The notes under the pieces are model-generated. The model worked only from the letters and a program-made list of their open reading frames with translations, was not told where the DNA came from and did no database searches. A program made the translations under genes and the position numbers. A DNA stretch of 64,000 bases from Nageia nagi (taxonomy: Eukaryota > Plantae > Pinophyta), in the NCBI GenBank assembly GCA_050084985.1, contig JBITNC010000001.1, forward strand, positions 135,036,001 through 135,100,000, in the 5' to 3' direction. This document shows, piece after piece, positions 13,013-24,315 of this stretch; within the stretch, counting starts at the first letter, position 1; each line of letters starts with the position of its first letter.

Positions 13013-14164
13013 TCAAGGTTTGTGGGTTGTAATTGAGTTTTTTTAAGTGATGGATAAATTTGGATCCTCATAATATAAAACATTTATAGATACAAATCAA
13101 TTACTAATTATCTCTCACAATCCACAAAGTGCAAATAAATAGATCACACAATAATTTAAGAATAATGAAATAAAATTCATAACTAAGAGATCAAGAAGCA
13201 ATTCATATTCTATTATACTTTGGCACAAGTACATAATAGGGGCAATATCTAATGTATCCGATCCCTTTCTTCTTCATAACACTACTACATAGTTTTCTTG
13301 CTAGAGAATCTATGCTAATAAATTCATAACAAACTATGACATATAAAAGAACCTATAACTAATTTCATATCAGATTTGATTCTAATATGATTTACAATTT
13401 ATATCAAAATATTTAACTCCCTAGAGTCATCTCCCATGCATTTGAACACCATTAATGTATATAAAACTTGAGACATGGATCTAGTAGTTAAAATCACCTT
13501 CTTGATTGGAAACTGTATTTCATCGAACTTCTAGCACCATCTTCATTCTCTTGGATTCAGACAAACCCATCAGAATGAGATGCTTGAACTATTAGGGATT
13601 TAAACCTTAAAATATGGTCTATAATATGTAGTATCTTTGGAATCTTTTTCATTTAGTGCCTAGGTCACCTATGGTGGGGTTTTAGATTAATGAAGGTATG
13701 TGAAGGATTATGTTGGAGTTCTATCCAAATATTACCATCTTTGCTCTATCATAAGTCTGTCAAAACTAAATACTTCTCAAAAGAGTTAAGGCCACATTTG
13801 TTCTGACTTCATCAAACTTTCAATGATGTCTACGCTTCATAGAACTGTCAAATTTTTGCTAAAATCAAATACTATGATAATATTGACTAAGTCCTTTTCC
13901 TTATTGATTATGTTGAACATCTGATAGGTTGAGCATGTGAAAAAACTATCAAAGTTTTATCAAAATCAAATTTCAATATTTTGCACAAAATTGGCTAAGT
14001 ATGATCATATTATCAACACTTATGGCTATCAAAGAGGATATGCCCATACAAAATCTTCTTATTTCTTTGAGAAAATATTTATGACCATACATAATGTATA
14101 GGTAGATTGCAATTATAGAGACTGATTTTGGCATGATAGTTGGCAAAACCTAAGAATGATGTTC

Positions 14165-14560
14165 ATTATTTTGTTTAATTAATGCAAGTGGTACATACAT
14201 CATGAAACATTTACCTATTATACAATATGTTGGGTTGATTAAGGAAGCTACTACCATTCATATAAGAGAATTGGGTAGAGGATTTTTAACCTTTACCTCA
14301 AAATATAAAATAGAATTGAGATGAATTAGCTTGGTTATATCCAAGAAATGATTCAAAAAATATTATTTTGTTGAATTAATTCAAGTGGTACATGCATCAT
14401 GATACATTTACCTATTATACAAGATGTTTGGGTTGAATAAAGAAGCTGCTACCATTCATATCAAAGAATTGGGTAGAGGTTTTTAAAACTTTACCTCTTA
14501 TATGAATTTAAAACATTATTGAGATGAATTGGCTTGGTTCTATTCAAGAAATGATTTAAA
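14165..14560. repeat. Diverged tandem duplication of a ~195-bp unit
   Basis: Units at ~14165-14360 and ~14361-14560 share CAAGTGGTACAT..CATTTACCTATTATACAA..GAATTGGGTAGAGG..CAAGAAATGATT. Confidence 0.9.
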
Positions 14561-14734
14561 TGTGAAAGGCTTGTAGGGATTATAAGTATACATAAATTAG
14601 AGTATCCATGGATGAATTACAATAAGGATGCTGCTTTTGTTTGTACCAACTAATATTATGGAAGGATTTGGGATAAATATGATTAATCAACTAAATCCCA
14701 ATGCACTCAAATTTGAGAGATTTATGAGCATTAT

Positions 14735-17700
14735 TATTATTATCATTTTTTTATTAAAAAATCATTTTAATTAATAAAAGGCTTTTTACAATCAAAAGAG
14801 TATGTGGGTGATAGATGGCATACCCCAAAAATGAAACACCTAACCCTAATCGTAGGTTAGGTAACAACACTACCATATTAACCATAGATATGGGTTAAAT
14901 AACTATAAATAGAAAAGATCAAAATACCAAACACCTATGATAGAGAAGAGTGAATATTACATCACATCATGTGAAGAGCTCATTGAGGGTGCATATGAAG
15001 TAACCATGCATTTCCACTCATTAGAAGGGATGAGATGCAAGTTCCAATCATCATTAGCCCAAAAGGGACTATCATCTTTATTTTGTGTGTCTCCCCATAT
15101 CGTAGTTAATTCGGAGGGAGAAGGAGGCCAAGAGCATCCTCATTTCCTTGGGGGAGTAGTGACTAGTGGCACATTCCAACTTGCAATAGGCCCATCAAGA
15201 GGTGGCATATCCCATCTGTTGGGAGGATGAGATGAGTAGATTGAGCCTAGGTTTTAGTAGCTTGTTATGATCATAAATGTGACAGGGGACATTGCCATGA
15301 TTGGGAGCACAATTAGTATAGAGAAGCACTACTAGGAGATAATTTAATAACTACACTAGCAATATTACCCCATTAGTCTAAGAGAGTGCAAAGGTGTGAG
15401 AGCTCGAGCTCAACCTTGTGTGCTTGATCCATAATTTATAGCCAGACATTAGAGAAAATATCTATTTTTTCAAATAGAGTAAATTATATGGAAGGAGTAA
15501 CATCCTGAAAGATAATTTTGTTCCTATATTTCTAGATATGAAAAAGCAAAGTGGTATGAAAATCCTACCACACATTCTATAAGGGTAAAGTGAAGGTGAA
15601 TGAATCCCTCAGTAAGGCATGCCTCAAAGAAAACAAAGTAGGCATGTAGAGAGAAAAAAGGAAAAGACACCCACTCCCATGCCAACATAAACCCTTTTCA
15701 TGACCAAAAGATGTGCATGCATGACTTAGGTTCATTACAAAAAGCACAATAAGGTCAAGTACTACTAAGTACTTAAGTTAGGTTCCTAAAGGGAGACCTT
15801 GATTCAAAAGGCTTCAAATAAAAAAGATTTTTTAGGCTTAAGATAAGATGCCCAAGTTGTAGCAAATTGTTACTTCCAATGAGTTTGTCTGGACACCAAA
15901 TCCCATTTCTCATTTAACTATGGAATTATAGGTGCAATTCATGAGAGCCAATTATAGCTAAAGGATGCTCTGTAATTGAGTATGGGGGTATCAACATGAC
16001 ATCCTTAGTCTTTCCAGCAAGGCTTTTGAAAATGCATACCTATTTTATGAAGAATAGAATAATATGTAAGCTCCATAATGGTATCGTAAGTTTTCTTATC
16101 ATAATACTTGCTTGAAGTTATCCCTAGGAATATAGTCTCAAGTGTGCTTGTTAAAAAAGTTGACAATTGTAACAATTCCTCTCTTAAAGAACTTACAGGT
16201 GTGGACCCATTGAACTTGGGCCCTAGGAGTACCCACGTAGTGAAAAATATAGGACCACCAAACATTGAGATTGTTAATGGAAAGGCCTTTGTAGAAGTCA
16301 TTCCCTTTCCATTTAATCTAGGGCACCAACTAATTTCAAGATTTCCAAATGCTCTTTATTACAAATGAGCCTAGGATTTTCACAAACATTGGAGACATAA
16401 TAAGGGAAGGGAAATTCATAACCTTCCAAGCTTTTGTTTTTAGAGGCTACTCAACATAAATAAAATGCTGAATTAATATTTTTTATGCCTTTGACCCTTT
16501 AAGAGCTCAAATAATCCATTTAGAACAAAGAACCATCCCTTATTTCTTGCAATCTAATAGGCCCATACCATCTGACTCCTTGGGGAGATAATAGGTTTGC
16601 CAAGCAACTAGATGAAATCCTTTTTCTCAGTGTTTCTCTTCCATAAGGCATCTTGTAAGAGTTTTTCTAGTTTGTTATAGTAAGCTTACAATAAAACCCA
16701 ACAAGAAGAATAGTATACATGTGTGGAGGCAAGTACTTTTAAACAAATTTGTAATTTTCTAGCTAAGGAAGGCTTTTAGAATTCCAATATTCTAGCTATT
16801 TTTCTACCTTACTTATCACATAATTCTATAGCTGGGGGGAGGAAAACCATGAAACAAAAATAGAATGCCAAGGAATTTAAAAACCTTTGTAGGGAGAATC
16901 TAATTCCATTAGGATTGAGCTAACCAGGATGACATGGGCAAGGGAGATTGTATATAAAAAAGGTCTTCTTCCATTGAATGCTATAACCAAAGGCTTTGTA
17001 AAATGTTTCAAGGTAATAAATTCCTACAAAGACATATTACTTGTACTCTTGAATGGTTAGAAATTAATTATCAACCAAATGGCCATTAATGAGTTACCCT
17101 TGGTTATTAGGCAACATAATCCCTCAAATTTTTCCTTCAGAGGAGTGCTTGGCTAGGATGTATCCAAATGCTTTTGCTGCTAACACATAAAGTAAGGGTG
17201 AAAGAGGAAAACCATGTATTACAAAGCGATTGAGCCCAATGGCTTCTATTTGATAATTTTTCAAAGAAAGAACCACAAAAACATCTTGAAAAAGCATTTG
17301 AACTATGCTAACAAACTAAGGACCAAAACTCAATACCTCTAGCATACAAAGAATAAACACCCATTTAATTGAGTCATATGTTTTCTCAAAATATAGCTTA
17401 ATGAAGAGGGCATGTTGATTAGAATTTTGATCCCATTCCATGCCTTCCCATATAGCTATTACATTATTCAAAATGTAACGATTATGTATGAGACTAGTTT
17501 GCTTCAAAAAAATTATAATAGGAAGAACGGGTCAAAGGTGTAAGGTAAGTGCTTTGGCAATGATGTAATAATTGACTCTCAAAAGAGTGATGGACCACCA
17601 ATTGGTAATGAGATCAAGATCCCTTGCTTAGAGATAAAATTAATGTTGACTTTGTTGATGATAGACTCTAGAGAGCCTCTGAGCAAGGCCTTAAGGTAGA

Positions 17701-18960
17701 CCTTATGTAAATTTGGACCAATAAATTCTCAACACGATTTGTAGAATTCCCATAGGAAGTTGTTTAGCCTAGGGGCTTTTCCATCTGCCATATAGGAGGG
17801 GGCTTCCTCCAACCCTTTAAGAGAAAGAATTTTTTCACATTTATCTTAAAGAAATAGCAAGAGGTGAGATGACACTACATATCTACAATGTTGTATCTAA
17901 AGTGTAAGGATGAGCTAAAAAAACTTGTGTATAATGACGAGTAAAAAAGTTGGTTATCTTAGGAAGAGACATCAATAAGATACTTTCATCATATAAGGCT
18001 TTGAATTGGGTATACTACCTCAAAGTTCTTAACCTTTGAAATAATTATTTAGATACCTTATCCCCAATCTTAAGCCAATGCAAACATGATTTAATTTGAG
18101 TTCCTTTGGCTTCATATAACTCTAGCAACTTGACCTCATACCTAATTTGTACAACATGAGATTGCAAGTGAGAGCTAAAGGGGTTGGATTCTATTCAAAT
18201 AGAGGCTTTAACAAGTTCATCTTGAAGATACTAAGTGGAGTGTCAATGAAATTACGTAACCCTCGTTCAAAGCCTAGACAGAAGGGAAAACATATGAAAA
18301 ATTATGTCATTCAACCATGCAATCCATCTCAACTCACCTAAAGGTATGGGGACCAAATGCTACAGATAGTGAATGTGAAAAAGCATCACATCACTTTGGA
18401 GAAATGATGGTATTGAGAAAGAACTAAGATCTATAATGCCTTTATGAAAGATAAGTAATCTTGACTTTGAAAGTGATGGGGGAATGGTCAGATGAAATGA
18501 GCCTTGGAATAGTCTCAACAAAAGGAGAAGCCAAATATTGAGAGAAGGATAATTCTTGATTATTAGAACGCATTGCATGACTAAGGCATTTGAGTACTAT
18601 TTCATGGCCATCTTGGAGATTAGACCACATGTACCACATTCTCAGGGAACTACTCTGTAATAAAACTTGCATTAGGGTCTGACAACCCAAGTTTATGCTT
18701 CATGCTCCCAAAGGGGTCATTTATTAGGAGTGAGACTTTTCTTATTGGAGGATTTTTCAATCATATTAAAATATCCACACATGATCCAAATGACTAGTGG
18801 AAGGGAAAACACACACCACCACCATAAAGTGTATCTTTTCGAGGCCTCATTCGAGGCATAAACATTAATGAATCTGAATGATACGCCATCAACTTCTAAC
18901 AAAATCCATATAACTTGATGATTGGGATCCATTCCCCATGTAATACAGTTACTTTCCATC
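14735..18960 (-). mobile_element. Degenerate L1-clade LINE ORF2 (endonuclease, RT, C-terminus), 5'-truncated
   Basis: EN motifs FINVYASN..WIMCGYFNMIE and SSDHSPI; RT motifs WEFYK, NRYILNNVIAIWEGMEW..FIKLYFEKTYDSIKW and NGHLVDN (decayed FADD); A-rich 3' end near 14740. Confidence 0.9.
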
Positions 18961-19039
18961 AGCTACTTAATAGAATGATGTCACAACTTCCATGTTGATT
19001 ATCATAGAGTGCAATATGTAGATTATCATAGATTACAAT

Positions 19040-20060
19040 ATTTATAGGATATACATGAAATAAATATATTGATATGCAATTATCATGTGTAAGATAAAGT
19101 CTATAATCTTTGCAAGAATTCTTATAGCATGTGCCACTATGGGAGCTCTAGAATATGGTATGGAAATCCATCAAAGAGTAGTTGAAAATGATTTTTCATC
19201 AAAGATTATTTTTGTAAATTCCTTGATAAACATGTATCAAAAATAAAAAAGAACAAACAAGGCATGGGAATTGTTTAACAAGATACATGATGTGGATTAG
19301 TTTCATGGAATGCAATGATTGAAGGATATACAATTCATATCTATAGTAAGGATGCTATTAAACTCTTTGATATGATGAACTAATTGGGACCCAACACTGA
19401 TAACATAAATTTTGTATGTAATCTACTTACATAGGTCTAGTGTGTGAGAGTTGTAAATATTTTAATAACATGAACCACTCTTATTGAATTATTCTTGTAA
19501 TGAATAATTATACCTATATTGTTAACCTTCTTGTTCGTGCAGGATGAAGAATCTTTGAACTTATTTATTAAAATACGTCAAGGAAGTATTACTATATCAT
19601 GGAATGCAATGATTGTAGGATATTGAATTTTCTAAAATTAAAAGCCATAGAGACTTTGAAGCATATGTAATTATCAAGTATAAATCCAAACTCTATAACC
19701 TTTGCAAGCATTTTTTCAACATGTCCCATCATGGGAATTATAGAAGATGGTATGGACATCCATCAAAGGATAGTTGAACCATGCAAGTATAAAAAGGTAT
19801 ATGCTATGTAGGTCTAGTGCATGAGGGTTGTAAATAGTTTAATAACATGAACCAATCTTATTGCTTTATTCTTAGAATGAATCATTATATATGCATTGTT
19901 GACCTTGTTGGTCGTGCAATATATCTTGAAAAAGCTTTGAAATTCGTTGCCAAAATGCCCATAAAACTTGAGTTAAGTGTATGGGTATAATTTGCTTAGT
20001 GCTTGTAAGTCACATAAAAATTTAGGAAAATGGGAATTTATAGAAAATATCCCCTTTTGT
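19040..20060 (+). pseudogene. PLS-class pentatricopeptide repeat (PPR) pseudogene, rearranged
   Basis: FARILIACATMGALEYGMEIHQRVVE, NSLINMY, VSWNAMIEGY, ITFASIFSTC..GMDIHQRIVE, HYICIVDLVGRA..MPIK..VW (start of E domain). Many stops, frameshifts and deletions. Confidence 0.92.
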
Positions 20061-20756
20061 TGAACATTCATAAAACATATAAAAGAATTAAGAACACACT
20101 TGGATATTTCCCTAGTTTGCTATAATCTCTTCACACCTACATGTCTGAAATTTGGCTTCATGGCTTTGAAATGGTGTATATCCTTTGCTTCCTCTCCATC
20201 TTCCAAATGGATACGAGATGACACATATATCCTTTATCCCTCCCTTTATTTTCAATCCCTCCACCAATTTTTTTTTTTGCACAGTGATCTTTTCACAATG
20301 ATTTTTAACCACTCTCCTAAGATATCTTACAATAGTTGATAATTGTTATAAAAATTTATCATTGTGATTTTTTTGAAGATAAGTATAAACCCCTATCTTA
20401 TAATATATTATAGTAGATCTTAACCATCGTAAAATTCATAACTACCATAAATAATTTTACCACTGTGAATTATTTAAAGATACCCTCTTTTGATTTTTAA
20501 TTGTTATATTATTACCACCCTTATTACCTTTTCTATGTAGTGATCACCCTAACCTAAGTAAACGCTATTTCATAACAACAATACATGAAATGACAATGTA
20601 AAGCAAAAGAAAACCTACACCTCCATATATGCAGAACCAATTATTGGCATTTAATTTTTAACTTTTTAACTTACATATTTTACTTCTTCTTATAACACTA
20701 CAATTTTTATACTACATTAATACATTAAATTTCGTAGTAAGAGTGAATTCTTTTAT

Positions 20757-21710
20757 AGCATATATTTTCATGGTGTTAAAATCCACATTAAATAAAAAAA
20801 CACACTTAATTGGACGAAGTTATCAAAACTACCCATAAAGAGCCAAAGCATAGAATCCAGTAATAAGAGACAGAAGTCCAGATTCCACACAAGCAGAAAA
20901 GTTGACAATATGAAATCTGTAGAGATAAGATCCCTGCAACCAATCGTTTCTGAATTAACTAGCTCAGCGTATAAACACAATAACTTTTTGTTTTTCTTCC
21001 AAACCCATTTCGTTCTGAAATTTGTCCTTTCTTTTCCTTCAAACCATAGAACCTTCCTACAGATGATTTATTGATACCATGTGTTAAAAGGCTACCTGCA
21101 AGATTAAACGGTGATTTATTGATACCATGGGACCACCTAATCGAAAGTACTTTCTGAAATTTCGGGGCCCATGCTGTAAGAGATATAAACAATGGAGATC
21201 GGTGAACTGTAACTCTAGTTTAGGACAACCCAAGTTTTAAAATACTCCCTAAATATATGGATTTGGCAGTTTCAGCCAATGCTTTAAAATAAAATTATCT
21301 TAATATTTGATAGTTATTTAATTGCCTACAAACAGTTACGTTTATTAAATTGTAATTTCTATCGTCAATCTTGAGATCGAGAACGATTTCTTTGAGGCTA
21401 ATGTGTGGTGGAGTTGGACTCCACCTACAAGATGATTACAAGTTAGTTACGATGTGCATGCCGCTAAAATATGCTTTGTCATTCCCAAGGCGTTAACATT
21501 AAGATTTTTCCAAAAAAATTGACGGATATTTATGTATCTTAAGCGATTGTCCTAGTTGGAATTTAAGATGCGCCCTTGATTGCGTTCAGTTCGTGTCTGC
21601 CTTTTCCAGCTTTACGAATTCATATTACTTCTTATTGGATTGAAATTGGACTCTACATGCAGTTCTGAGGTCCCAAAAAGAAAAAAAAAACAAAAAACAT
21701 TGGCTGGGAA
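20757..21710 (+). promoter_or_regulatory. Conserved 5' flank / presumptive promoter and 5' UTR of SCPL copy A
   Basis: Directly upstream of the ATG, retains CpG, and is conserved in copies B, D and E. TSS not determinable from sequence. Confidence 0.55.
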
Positions 21711-21966
21711 ATGGAATTGATGAAGTCAAAACTGCGCGTATGGCTCTGGGTGTTGATGCTCGCTATTTCTTCCGCCTCAGGAAGGAGCTCCGCCGGTCCA
21801 GCTGAGGATTTAATAGACAAGCTGCCCGGTCAGCCTAAAGTAAATTTTAAACAGTATGGAGGATACGTGACCATTGATGAGCGCACAGAGAAGGCGTTGT
21901 TTTATTATTTCGTAGAGGCGGAGAATGATGGCCCGTCCAAACCTCTGACTCTGTGGCTGAACGGAG
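21711..21966 (+). CDS. Serine carboxypeptidase-like protein (peptidase S10, clade II, SCPL41-46-like), exon 1, intact (copy A)
   Basis: Signal peptide followed by [43 protein letters not shown]. Phase-1 donor G|GTATGC at 21966/21967 is at the usual SCPL intron position before PGCSS. Downstream exons not found in the window. Confidence 0.88.
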
Positions 21967-22699
21967 GTATGCCCATTTGCCCCGCCTTCCCTTAAAGTCT
22001 TTGCATTCAGTTTGTTTAAAATTATTTACAAATACAACTGTATGCTTAGAAGTAGTAGTTCAATGTATCCTTATACACAAAGGTAGCACAGGAGGTTCAG
22101 AAATAGATCCAAGTTCATTCTGGTTGAGACAACTCCTGCGTGCATAGGCTAATTAAATTGAGATCTTGTAGCTCATATATTAGAAGAAAAAAATCTCATA
22201 TAATTAGTTCTCAGAGATTGAATGAGAGAATAGCCAAAAATAATGCTTCGGAAGCCTTCATAAATTTATCCTATATGAAAGGATCTTGGGCAGGACTTGG
22301 AACATTCCTGCAAGTATGAAAGGCTAAACCTAAAATTTTATATTTAACAAATTGTAATTAACATATTTTGTAAGATTTACCATTGTAAGTGTAACACTTT
22401 AAACATACGCTTTGTTGAATACAAACTGTAGGCGTTTTTGTCGTTGCTTCATTGAATTCAATTATTGTATATGTAGGAAAAAAATTAGCTACGCATCTAA
22501 CCAAAGCTAGTTCAGATAGTGGAATAGAAATAATTGAAATAAATGTGTTGACTCCTGTTGTTTTTATAGTTTGCCTACTTAACCAAGGAAAAATAAAATG
22601 CGTATACATTAAAAAAAATAATAATAATAAAATTTTGTGCAAGTTTTCATTCCAATTTGTTATAAATTCTTTTAAAATATTCTTTTCTCAAATGAGATA

Positions 22700-24315
22700 A
22701 AATCATATCTTTAATTAGAATTTTTTACTTTTTTTTTTTGGTTGAGATTAGTATGTTGTTTGTATGTTATAGTACTCTTTTCCAAATTATTATTTTGCTA
22801 TAGCATTATGTTTTTTAAATCAATAATACCCAACTCATCTATCGTTATAGGATTAAGCTTATACACAATTTGGAAAGGGCTTTTCAATATACTCTTATCA
22901 ACCAAGTTGATATATACAACTTCTACTTATTCTCATATAGTATTTCATTGTGGTTTCATTTCCATCAAACCATCTCAACAAAATTTTGTAGCTTCTATTT
23001 AAAACTTCCATTTGGCCATCAGTTCATAGAAATTCAACTTAGTTTACAAGTTTTCTACAAAGTTTGTGACAATGGCCTACAAATTTTGTATCTCTATTTG
23101 AGGCAATGGTCTTTGTCAATCCATGCAATCTTATCGCTTCTTTAAATAACAATGTAGTAATGCAAGTGGCATAATTTGTAATCTTGCAACATATGAAGTA
23201 TGCCATTTGTAAAAATATATCAACAGCAATAAAAAAATCCATTATCTCTTTTAGTTTTTGCCAACCTAAGAATGAAAATCATGCTTACATCTTTGTAAGG
23301 TCTCTCTAATATAGGAAATGTTTGATACAAATTGATATTTTGACTCCCTCCTTAACATATTGATAAAATTTATGATTTTACATAAATTTATTCACATTTG
23401 CACTCATTATCTATTGATAGAAAATATCATAAAGTTATTCCAAAGTTTTATCAACCCCAAAGTGTCAAGATAGACCTCCATTATGCTTTTCTCTCACCAA
23501 ATTCTCTCTCATCAAACCATGTATTATGCATAATTGTTACCCCTTAAATAATAATCTAGCCATGGAGCCCTATCTCTCTAAGTTGGGTAATTTCAAGATG
23601 CCCAAAGCATCCATAAAGTCCACTCCACTTCATAGACCTTTGGTTCAACTTAGCTTAGTTTTTAATGAACTATAGCTAATGATTATCTATGAACAAAAGA
23701 AATTTCTTTGGTAAAAAATAGTGTCTCCACTTTTACGTGTTTGAATAATTCCATAAAATTCTTATTTATAGTGTCTCATCTAGCTTTTTGTCTCTTGATT
23801 GAATGCCTCCTATCATTGTCCCACTAGCATAACAATCTACTTGAAATACATTATTGAATTCTAGCAATGATAGACCCAACTACTTCATCACCTTTTCCTT
23901 TAATAGTTGAAAAATATTCTCTATTGTAAATTTCCATTTGAATTCATGCCTACCACCATTCATTATTTTTCATAGTAGGTAGACAAATGCCACTAATTTT
24001 TTTGTTAAACTTCCTAAAAAAATTTCCCAAATCATGGAACTTCTTGTCTCAAATAAGATTCTTTTTATCAATCAATCCATAATATCTTTTAACTTTTTTT
24101 ATCCATCCACAAACCTTCTTAGGAAATAATAAAGCCCAAGTATACTATCTCCTTCATAAAGCTACACTTTTTTAATTTTACCAATAAAATATCTTTCTTC
24201 AATCTTTGTAAAGCCATCTTGAATGTATCATATGCTCTTGTTTACTTCTACTACATACCAATATATTATTCAAATAAATAGCTAAAAACATACCAAAAAA
24301 TGGTTTTAACACTTT
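22700..24315 (-). mobile_element. Ty3/gypsy (CRM-like chromovirus) RT-RNase H-integrase fragment, copy A
   Basis: Minus strand KVLKPFFGMFLAIYLNNILV (decayed YLDD), KKCSF..YLGFII, and integrase LFKEAIRLHGLTKTIASNRDTKFVGH (ORF 23039-23242). Confidence 0.85.

Noticed and set aside
14735-18960. This L1 as a further copy of the array unit's L1
   Set aside because: It looks like the same broad family by protein motifs, but it keeps its own 3' end, lacks the gypsy junction and shows no close nucleotide colinearity by eye.
21064-21129. TGGTATCA (minus strand) as retrotransposon PBS
   Set aside because: No adjacent LTR end and no GAGC continuation. Kept only as a direct repeat.
20768-21192. Minus-strand ORFs upstream of SCPL, with a similar ORF at 27162-27350
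   Set aside because: Non-ATG starts, different lengths between copies and no recognisable domain. The similarity is due to the duplication.
21967-21995. ORF-track extension MPICPAFP*, suggesting a complete 94-aa secreted protein
   Set aside because: It is read-through past a canonical GTATGC donor at the conserved SCPL intron position. Similar tails in B and C are explained by duplication.
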